Assembly: GCA_016199485.1 (NCBI GenBank)
Contig: JACQGO010000112.1
Coordinates: 1 to 45,789 of the forward strand
DNA: 45,789 nt
Origin: Betaproteobacteria bacterium
GTDB lineage: Bacteria > Pseudomonadota > Gammaproteobacteria > Burkholderiales > SG8-41
Direction: 5' to 3'
Below the pieces are notes generated by a model. That model was not told where the DNA came from. It ran no database searches and was given only the letters and a program-made list of their open reading frames with translations. Shown piece after piece: positions 7,140 through 13,545 of the stretch (positions within the stretch are counted from its first letter, which is position 1; the number at the start of each line of letters is the position of its first letter). Both the position numbers and the translations under genes were made by a program.

Positions 7140-8026
7140 CAGTTCTCTTCTCCCGCCCACCAGGGGCAAGATGGACGATAGCCACACCAATTACAGGCCC
7201 ACCCGTAGTCGGGCGCATGGGTCGGCCACGGCTCGTCCGGGCCGAACGTCCGAATTAGGTGGAGCAGTGTGGTTACGAGCTTGCGCACTCGCTCATGCGT
7301 CGCTTCGACCGCTGCCGGCGACGGCATCAACAGCAAGCCGAGCTCAGTCGCAGCTGTCACAACCGTCGGCGTCTTCGTGCGCGCCTTCACATGCCACTCG
7401 AGCGGTTTCGCCGCCGGTAGGGCGCGCGGCTTCTCGGCGGCGGCGGCTTGGTACAGCCTGGCCTGTGTGCGCCAGTGCTGCTTCGGCTGCCGCTCCACGC
7501 GGGCAGTGACCTTCCACTCGACTAGGGCGCTCGCGGTCTCCAGGTCGATGCGGCCGATGATCGGTACAGGCAGTCCCGCCACCTGGTAGGAGAACTCTTC
7601 CTGCACTGCCACCGGCTGCACGCTGGGGGACACCTGCTGGTGGTAGACGGCGGCGAGCCTGGCACCACGGTCCTTGAGGAGGCCGGGCTTGTCGTCTCCC
7701 CAGTCGATCTCGTCGGGGCCGCCGCCGCGTTCGACCTCTTGGTCGAAGCCTTCCGCGAACGCGAGCGTGACGTCGCTTTCGGGCAGGTCGACGCCGCTGG
7801 CGATCTTCTGCCCGAAGTTGAGCGTGTGCGCGTAGTCGTCCGCGCTGCCCCAGATCAGGGCGCCGCCGGGCCGCTGGCGTTCGCCGAGCATGTAGCGTCT
7901 GCGAAACTGCTCCGCTGTTGGCGGACACCGCGAGAACGTTCCGAGTGACGTTGCGGAAAGATGGTCGTGCGGCAGCAGCGTGCCCGGAGCGGGCAGCAGC
8001 TCGTCAAGCGAAAGTGGCGGTGTCAA
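7136..8026 (-). CDS. PD-(D/E)xK exonuclease, Cas4/RecB-like with Fe-S-type Cys quartet
   Basis: GRIDL...LVEWK is a D...ExK core. A single N-terminal Cys (FSRCP) plus a C-terminal CNWCGYRPSC match the Cas4-like pattern. The start (TTG 8024-8026) is uncertain. Confidence 0.7.
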   Translation of the reverse strand: MTPPLSLDELLPAPGTLLPHDHLSATSLGTFSRCPPTAEQFRRRYMLGERQRPGGALIWGSADDYAHTLNFGQKIASGVDLPESDVTLAFAEGFDQEVERGGGPDEIDWGDDKPGLLKDRGARLAAVYHQQVSPSVQPVAVQEEFSYQVAGLPVPIIGRIDLETASALVEWKVTARVERQPKQHWRTQARLYQAAAAEKPRALPAAKPLEWHVKARTKTPTVVTAATELGLLLMPSPAAVEATHERVRKLVTTLLHLIRTFGPDEPWPTHAPDYGWACNWCGYRPSCPWWAGEENW

Positions 8027-8170
8027 GGAAGCATCACCCCCCCCGTCACAGGAGGGTTTGAGCCATACGTGTTCGCGCGGCTGCCGCCTACTACCCGGTG
8101 GGGCACGACGAGCCGCGCATCCGGGTCAAAAAGAGAGGCGGCAGCCGCGCCAGCGCGCTGGAAGGTCTGG

Positions 8171-8452
8171 TCACTCATCTGGTCCGCTCTCAGTGCGGGA
8201 CTGTCTTTTCGATTGCGGTTGAGGGGCCTCAGGATCTTCCAGATCCGGGTGGACTCGCAGAAATGAACGTGCGGTATGAATGCCCAAATTGCGGGAAGCG
8301 CGGCGAAACATCCGTGCGTTACGGCACAGCTCCTCCCGAACAGGACTAAGCGCCCTATCCTGGTAACTAACGCCTAGTATCGCGTCGGAGCCATTGACGA
8401 CAACGCAAATCCCGGCACCGTGCCAATGCGTTTCGTTTCGCCAAACCCTCAC
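8171..8452 (-). CDS. Hypothetical protein (low-GC segment)
   Basis: GTG 8450-8452 overlaps the stop of the upstream gene (GTGA). No motif. A competing 28-aa plus-strand CPNCG ORF exists. Confidence 0.35.
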   Translation of the reverse strand: MRVWRNETHWHGAGICVVVNGSDAILGVSYQDRALSPVREELCRNARMFRRASRNLGIHTARSFLRVHPDLEDPEAPQPQSKRQSRTESGPDE

Positions 8453-9396
8453 AGCCCGAGCTCCTGCTCTTTCGCGGACAGCCGCTCGATCAGGTTCAGA
8501 AGCTGCGCGTAGGTGAGGTCGGCCACCCGGGCGGTCCCGTACTCGGCGGTCATGCCATGGTTGATCGCTTCCTCGTCGATCTGGGGCGCAGACCCAGCCT
8601 TGACCAGCTTCGAGATCAGCGCGTGCGCCTGCCGCCGCCGCTTCTTGACCTCGTCTGAAGGGGCGTCTGCGACTGCGCTCTCCACAGCCGGGCCGCCGGT
8701 CGCAGGCGTCGAAGCAGTGGCGGCCGAACCAATGTCAGCCTTGCCGGTATCCTCGAGATCCTGCGTAAAGATGTCGCTGGCCGCAGTCGCCGTCAGCACA
8801 GCATCGACGAGCGCCCGCTTCTTCGCCATCTTCACGACTGTGTTCCAGGCGTCGGCAAGCGCGTCGTTGGGGATGCGCCCGCCCTCCTGGGAGACGATCT
8901 CCGGAGCGTCGTCGGCGAACTTCGCGCCGCACCCGTTTTTCTTCTTGAAGCACAGCCAGCCGCCGCCGTACTCCGCCTTACCCTTGATGATCGCCGGCTT
9001 GGAGCACTTCGGGCACGTCCGCTCAGCCTGCCGGTAGGCGTACTTCGTCTCCCGTGTCGTGCAGGCACCCAGCCCTTCTCCGAAGAAAAGGCCGGTCGGG
9101 ATGTGGGTCAGCTCGCAAGTGACGAACACGTCCAAGTGTCCGTCCGGGTGCGCCTGCTTCTCGGCGCGGTAGCGGGGCGCGAGCCGGAACGTCTCGCACA
9201 GCTTCTCGGCGCCGGGCTTGAGCAGGGACGGCTTGGTTGCGCCGGGGATGACGCCGAAGTGCTCGCCGTCCTTCATCACGGCGCGCTGCACTTGCTGAAT
9301 CTTCTGCACCTGCGCGACGACCTGCTCGACGGTCAGCTCGGCTTGGCTGCGCAGAGCAAGCTCCTGCCTAGGCTCGGCCGTGTCCACGGTGCTCAC
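8449..9396 (-). CDS. Putative single-strand annealing / recombination protein with inserted zinc ribbon
   Basis: Sits 5' of the exonuclease gene in the same operon. It has the conserved-looking blocks KPSLLKPGAEKL and KMAKKRALVDAVL...FTQDLED, and an inserted CPKC...GCGAKF. Family not resolved by eye. Confidence 0.45.
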   Translation of the reverse strand: MSTVDTAEPRQELALRSQAELTVEQVVAQVQKIQQVQRAVMKDGEHFGVIPGATKPSLLKPGAEKLCETFRLAPRYRAEKQAHPDGHLDVFVTCELTHIPTGLFFGEGLGACTTRETKYAYRQAERTCPKCSKPAIIKGKAEYGGGWLCFKKKNGCGAKFADDAPEIVSQEGGRIPNDALADAWNTVVKMAKKRALVDAVLTATAASDIFTQDLEDTGKADIGSAATASTPATGGPAVESAVADAPSDEVKKRRRQAHALISKLVKAGSAPQIDEEAINHGMTAEYGTARVADLTYAQLLNLIERLSAKEQELGL

Positions 9397-9677
9397 GAGT
9401 CGCCCGTCCGCCAGATGCCGTCCGGACCCCACAATGCATCGGGGCCGACGACGCGAACCAGCTTGCCTGCTCGGCTAATCGTGTTTTCTATGTTCACCAG
9501 CGCTATCGCCTCCGTCTCACTGCGCGCCGGCTTCCCATCACGTAAGCGCTCGATCAGCGCGCGGAGGTTGTGCTCGTCTAGCGAGAGCCAGGGCGCGTCC
9601 GCATGCTCGCGGCAGCGCTCACACCCGTCCTGGAGGCCAGCCGTGTGCGTGTCGGGGTGAAAGACGTGGACGCTCAC
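9393..9677 (-). CDS. Hypothetical protein
   Basis: GTG 9675-9677 overlaps the upstream TGA (GTGA). 94 aa. Confidence 0.45.
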   Translation of the reverse strand: MSVHVFHPDTHTAGLQDGCERCREHADAPWLSLDEHNLRALIERLRDGKPARSETEAIALVNIENTISRAGKLVRVVGPDALWGPDGIWRTGDS

Positions 9678-9943
9678 GACACGTCCACCAAGCCTTCGTT
9701 GACGGCCTCCTCGAACTCGGCGGTCCAAGGCAGGCCCGCCTGGTGGTAGGCGTGCCATTTGCGGCGCTCGTCGAGGGTGGGGTCGGGCAATGGCTCTGGC
9801 GGTCGTTTGATGTCGGGCGGAATGTCCTCCCGCTCTTCTACGGACTCGGCGGCGTCCTGCCCGGCGAAGTAGCGGTCGTGGAGTTCGCGCTGCTCGGCGG
9901 CGTCCTGATAGGAGTCGCCGCTCGCGTCGAGGCTAGGCACCAC
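9674..9943 (-). CDS. Highly acidic small early protein
   Basis: 89-aa ORF rich in D/E (DAAEQRELHD..., ESVEEREDIPPD...). Confidence 0.5.
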   Translation of the reverse strand: MVPSLDASGDSYQDAAEQRELHDRYFAGQDAAESVEEREDIPPDIKRPPEPLPDPTLDERRKWHAYHQAGLPWTAEFEEAVNEGLVDVS

Positions 9944-10322
9944 GGCCGTCCTCGGGCAGGCTTGAAAGCAGCGCGTCAGGGCACTCCCACTCGATGATCT
10001 CTTCCGTGTGGGCGGGGATGACTTCCTCGGAGATCTCGCGGGTGCCGGTCACGACCTTGCGGCACACCTGCTCGCGATCGTGGGCGAAGACGGTGATGAC
10101 CCCGGCCTGCCCGAACCGGCGCTCTACCCAGAAGGTGTTGCCGACTCCGTCCTTCTTGCGCTTGCCGCCGAGCGCGCGGACGAGCGCGTAGAAGCCCGCG
10201 GCGTCGTGCGTGTACAGGTTGATGCTTGCGCTGATCGAGCCCTCGAAATCGGGCGCGGCGTCGAGCCAGTCGGCGATCTCACGCAGGGGCGCGGCGACTT
10301 GCTGCGCCTTCGTGGTGGTCAC
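9933..10322 (-). CDS. Hypothetical early protein, first long gene after the Cro-like gene
   Basis: GTG 10320-10322 is preceded by AAAGGAGG. 129 aa. Confidence 0.55.
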   Translation of the reverse strand: MTTTKAQQVAAPLREIADWLDAAPDFEGSISASINLYTHDAAGFYALVRALGGKRKKDGVGNTFWVERRFGQAGVITVFAHDREQVCRKVVTGTREISEEVIPAHTEEIIEWECPDALLSSLPEDGRGA

Positions 10323-10422
10323 GTTCCGGCCTCCTTTCGGGGCGTCTCGGTCTGCACGGTGGAACGGGGGACGGAACCCCCAGCCCCGGAGGACCCCCGC
10401 TCCACCCTGAAGACCGCGACGG

Positions 10423-10641
10423 TCACGTAGCGCCCCCGTCCTTGTGCACGCTCAAGAATGCTGAGATTCGTCGCCGGCGTTTCGGCTGTGGAAACTGGCG
10501 CCCGGCCTCGTATTCCTGCAACGACCTGGGCGCGATCTCAAGTTCGGCTGCGAGCTCGATCTGGGTGAGGTTCGCGCGAATGCGCGCCTCCCGGATCTGC
10601 TCTCCGAGGGCCTTCGCGGCATGTTCGACTCCGGCACGCAC
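10423..10641 (-). CDS. Cro-like XRE-family HTH regulator
   Basis: IREARIRANLTQIELAAELEIAPRSLQEYEAG is an XRE HTH. The first in-frame start downstream of the predicted leftward promoter is GTG 10639-10641. Confidence 0.7.
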   Translation of the reverse strand: MRAGVEHAAKALGEQIREARIRANLTQIELAAELEIAPRSLQEYEAGRQFPQPKRRRRISAFLSVHKDGGAT

Positions 10642-10694
10642 TTGACACGCAACCCGACTGCGACGAAAATAGCACGCGAAGATGGCGAGGTCAA
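10642..10694. promoter_or_regulatory. Back-to-back divergent promoters sharing one -10 region
   Basis: Plus strand: TTGACA (10642-47), 17-nt spacer, GAAAAT (10665-70). Minus strand: TTGACC (complement of 10689-94), 17-nt spacer, TATTTT (complement of 10666-71). Confidence 0.55.
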
Positions 10695-11119
10695 CCCGCA
10701 CCGGAGGGTCGGCGCAAGAACTCGCGGCGAGTAGTTCGCGCTCTTTCCGTACTTTTCTACTCGTGCAGCAGTTCGAGGCGCAGCAGATCGGGGCACGGAT
10801 CGCCCGGGCGCGGAAAGAAGCGGGGCTGACCCAGGAGGACTTGGCTGAGATGGCGTCGTTCTCGAAGCGGTCGCTTCAGGACTACGAGGCTGGCGTCTCC
10901 ATTCCGTACCGGCATCTACGCGAGCTGGGGGAGCTGTTGAACCGGACGGCCCAGTGGTTCCTGTACGGCGAAGTGGGTGTCAGCGAGTCTGCGGAGGCTG
11001 ATCGGCTGCGCCAGATCGTCCGTGAAGAGCTCGCAGCTGCGCTCGCCCCTGTCGAGCGGATGCTGGAGGCCGAGCTTCGTCGTCTAGGTCGCGCTCGAGC
11101 TGACGTAGATACGTCCTGA
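10682..11119 (+). CDS. CI-like XRE-family HTH repressor (start uncertain: near-leaderless ATG 10682 or GTG 10763)
   Basis: IARARKEAGLTQEDLAEMASFSKRSLQDYEAG is an XRE HTH. The gene diverges from the Cro-like gene. Neither candidate start has a Shine-Dalgarno sequence. Confidence 0.7.
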   Translation: MARSTRTGGSAQELAASSSRSFRTFLLVQQFEAQQIGARIARARKEAGLTQEDLAEMASFSKRSLQDYEAGVSIPYRHLRELGELLNRTAQWFLYGEVGVSESAEADRLRQIVREELAAALAPVERMLEAELRRLGRARADVDTS

Positions 11120-11356
11120 GCGCCTGCAGCCATTCGATGGTGGCGCGCAGTGAATCCTCGTTCCGCATGTGAGCCTGTTCCTTCCCTGCGGGCCGCAGAG
11201 CCACAACGGTAAATCGTAGATGCTGACGGGCGACCGGACCTGGGCGGAGTCCGCAAACAGCGAAGGATTCTTCGCCGGCGCTGTCCGCCCGGTCTGGCAG
11301 TCTGCCGGCAGAGGCGAGCGAGCCCCCAGCCCCACCCCTAAGCCGGGAGGGCTGGC

Positions 11357-11737
11357 GTGTACCTGAACGACCCGGACGTCGAGCTCCACCAGGGCGATGC
11401 GCTCGAGGTCCTGCGGACGCTGCCCTGCGAGTCCGTCGACTGCTGTGTGACCGACCCGCCTTACAGCGAGACGTCGTTGATGTGGGACGTTCGACCGAGC
11501 GCATGGCTCGCCGGGGTCGATCGGGTGCTAAAGCCGAGCGGGAGCGTCTGGGTTTTCGGCTCTCTTCGTTCGTTCATGGCTGCCGCTGGCGACTTTCACG
11601 GCTGGCGACACGCCTGGGACGTGATGACCGACGCCGAGCGGCGATCATGGCTGCACCTAGCGCGCGCGGCCGTGGAGGCATACGAGGGCTCGCAACAACT
11701 GGGTTTGCTCGAGCGGGCGGACGGCTGGTGGCGGTAG
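11357..11737 (+). CDS. N-terminal fragment of a DPPY-type (N6-A/N4-C) DNA methyltransferase
   Basis: GDALEVLRTLPCESVDCCVTDPPYS and RVLKPSGSVWVFGS are typical. Only 126 aa, and no FxGxG AdoMet motif follows. Confidence 0.6.
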   Translation: MYLNDPDVELHQGDALEVLRTLPCESVDCCVTDPPYSETSLMWDVRPSAWLAGVDRVLKPSGSVWVFGSLRSFMAAAGDFHGWRHAWDVMTDAERRSWLHLARAAVEAYEGSQQLGLLERADGWWR

Positions 11738-11979
11738 AGACCACCTCGCAGGCCTCGCGGCGTAAATATGGCTTGTCTGCGGCGGCGAAGGAGCTCAACG
11801 CCCGCAGCGACGAGCAGCCGCTAACTGTGCGCTGCATGATCGACGGCTGCCGCTACCGGTACAGCGGGACCGCCGCGGAGGCGCGCGAGCGGGTCAAGCA
11901 GCACAGGCGGCGCCGGCATCCCGGCTGGCCGGTGAAGGCGCCCAAGCCGAGCGAGCGCCGGGCTCGGGCGCGTCTGTGA
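11728..11979 (+). CDS. Small protein with Cx4C...Hx4H zinc-finger-like motif
   Basis: The GTG 11728 ORF overlaps the preceding stop. CMIDGCRYRYSG...KQHRRRRH. Confidence 0.4.
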   Translation: MAVETTSQASRRKYGLSAAAKELNARSDEQPLTVRCMIDGCRYRYSGTAAEARERVKQHRRRRHPGWPVKAPKPSERRARARL

Positions 11980-12533
11980 GCCGCCGTACGCTGGAGATTA
12001 TCCTCGGCCTGCTCGAGTCCTGGCACGACGTCGCCCACCCGTCCGTGCCCGCCGACCACGGCCGCCCCGACGAGTACGGCCACCGCATCCTGTCCATGGA
12101 CCCCCGCTGGCACGCCGGCAGCTACGCCGAGCTGGAGGAATGTCTCCGCTTCATGCGCTCACAGGGCCGCCAGCAGGCGTACCGGGGGCAGCCGGTAGGA
12201 ACCTTGTACTGGCATGTGCAACAGTGGTGGATCAACCCGCCCAGGGCGCAGAAGATGGTGCCGTCACGGATCATCGGCTACAAGCTGACCGCGAACCCGC
12301 GCAAGCGGGCGCCGGTGTGGGAGTACAAGCCGGCGATGGTGGCGCTTAGGCATTCGAACGCCCGCGAGCAGAAAGCGGTGTGGGGGGCCGAGTGGGTGGA
12401 CGCCCACTGGGAGCAGGTGGCCGCCCGCTGCTCGAAAGCCGGGTGGACGGCGAACGGGCGTGCGTTCCGGGGTTTGCCGCAGCTGCCTGCGGAGTCGCTC
12501 AAATATGAGCGGGAACGCAGCGTAGCGGTCTAG
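11976..12533 (+). CDS. Hypothetical protein (185 aa)
   Basis: GTGA overlap with the preceding gene. Trp-rich. No motif recognised. Confidence 0.5.
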   Translation: MSRRTLEIILGLLESWHDVAHPSVPADHGRPDEYGHRILSMDPRWHAGSYAELEECLRFMRSQGRQQAYRGQPVGTLYWHVQQWWINPPRAQKMVPSRIIGYKLTANPRKRAPVWEYKPAMVALRHSNAREQKAVWGAEWVDAHWEQVAARCSKAGWTANGRAFRGLPQLPAESLKYERERSVAV

Positions 12534-12730
12534 CGCCGCGCGCTGCGGACGATCTGCCACACGCGCTGCCGGGACACCCCCAGCACGCGGCCGAGCTCGA
12601 CGAGGCTCGCCCCGTCCTGCGCCTTCCGGCGGATAGCGGCGTGGAGGGCGGCAGTGGCTTGGGCGTGGGCCGCCCGCGCCTCCGTGACGCGGGCGGCCAG
12701 GTCGGGAAGATGGGAGAGGTCAGGCAGCAA
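12530..12730 (-). CDS. Small HTH DNA-binding protein (start uncertain)
   Basis: ASLVELGRVLGVSRQRVWQIVRSARR is a C-terminal HTH. Second gene of a two-gene leftward operon. Confidence 0.55.
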   Translation of the reverse strand: MLPDLSHLPDLAARVTEARAAHAQATAALHAAIRRKAQDGASLVELGRVLGVSRQRVWQIVRSARR

Positions 12731-12935
12731 CGGTCTGCTTGTATGCGTAGTAGAACAGGTTGCTGTACGGGGGGCAGAGCCAGTACGCGTACTCGGTGGC
12801 GTCCAGCGAGAAGCCGTCGATGCCCGCGTGCTCCGCGAAACGCTCGAGCGCCGCCAACTCCGTGGGGGCGTCGATCGTCGCGACAGGTACGTCGAGGCCA
12901 CTCTTGAGGGTCCTGCGGTAGATCGTGACTGTCAT
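12720..12935 (-). CDS. Small hypothetical protein (71 aa), first gene of the 'small protein + HTH' operon
   Basis: GGAAGGAGG lies 7 nt before ATG 12933-12935. MTVTIYRRTLKSGLDVPVATIDAPTELAALERF... Confidence 0.6.
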   Translation of the reverse strand: MTVTIYRRTLKSGLDVPVATIDAPTELAALERFAEHAGIDGFSLDATEYAYWLCPPYSNLFYYAYKQTVAA

Positions 12936-12978
12936 GGCGTATCCTCCTTCCTGGGGCCGGGTGCCTCCGTGGGCTCGG

Positions 12979-13048
12979 ACAAGCGCTAGTTTACATCCTC
13001 CCCGGTCCCTGTCAAGCGCCAGTTCACAAGATCCCCCTTTTGGGGGAT
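12979..13048 (-). promoter_or_regulatory. Predicted promoter overlapped by two 18-bp direct repeats, followed by a 7-bp/TTTT hairpin
   Basis: Minus strand: TTGACA (complement of 13010-15), 16-nt spacer, TAAACT (complement of 12988-93). Repeats are gaCAAGCGCtAGTTtACA (12979-96) and gtCAAGCGCcAGTTcACA (13011-28). Hairpin ATCCCCC-TTTT-GGGGGAT lies at 13031-48. Confidence 0.5.
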
Positions 13049-13149
13049 ACGCGAAGCTCGCCCTCGAGGCGGGCTTGCGCACCCGCCGCCCCGGCTGCTA
13101 CTCTTCAGCGCAGGCGCTCTTGGCGACCCCAAACACGGAGTCCACTCTT

Positions 13150-13545
13150 TTGAGTCGACGCAGCTTTCAAGGCTCAGGCCGTGGCAAGAGACGTGGTCCG
13201 CTGCCAAGTCACGGCGGACACGCCGACCCGACATACGCAGCCGTCAAAGAATCCGTCGACGGCATAAAGGACTACCAGGGCGTCCCCATCCCTGACGAAC
13301 GGCGCGTCTACTTTGTACGCGCAGTCGGCGGGGGCGCAGTCAAGATCGGCCGCAGCCGCAACATCGACCGCCGCATTACCGAGCTTCAGGATGCGTGCCC
13401 CCACAAGCTTGAGCTCGTCGGCAGCATCGACGGGGACGAAACCGTGGAAAGCCTCATGCACGAGCGCTTCCAGGCACATCGGATACGCGGCGAGTGGTAC
13501 GACGAGCGCATCCTTGGGGATGTACTGAACATACTTAGCGTCTAG
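13150..13545 (+). CDS. T5orf172 / GIY-YIG-like domain protein (start uncertain)
   Basis: VYFVRAVGGGAVKIGRSRNIDRRITELQ...LMHERF...RGEWY matches the T5orf172-type pattern. TTG 13150 is the first plausible start. Confidence 0.65.
   Translation: MSRRSFQGSGRGKRRGPLPSHGGHADPTYAAVKESVDGIKDYQGVPIPDERRVYFVRAVGGGAVKIGRSRNIDRRITELQDACPHKLELVGSIDGDETVESLMHERFQAHRIRGEWYDERILGDVLNILSV

Noticed and set aside
8264-8349. 28-aa plus-strand ORF MNVRYECPNCGKRGETSVRYGTAPPEQD
   Set aside because: It lies on the opposite strand to the whole early operon. It competes with a minus-strand ORF that is GTGA-coupled to the upstream gene. It is too short to support.
10711-10741. Palindromic operator GCGCAAGAACTCG...CGAGTAGTTCGCGC near the switch
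   Set aside because: The arms align only with an indel (5-7 bp of true symmetry). That is too weak to call an operator by eye.
10980-11168. Minus-strand ORF MRNEDSLRATIEWLQALRTYLRQLERDL... with a GGAAGGAA RBS downstream of the CI-like gene
   Set aside because: Two-thirds of it runs antisense through the CI-like C-terminus, where the plus-strand frame is more protein-like. It is kept only as a possible antisense feature.
12925-13149. N-terminal 75 aa of the 206-aa ORF containing the T5orf172 domain
   Set aside because: This part overlaps the divergent promoter/operator region and the start of the leftward 71-aa gene, and it reads as low-complexity sequence. The domain begins well downstream, so TTG 13150 was used as the start (uncertain).
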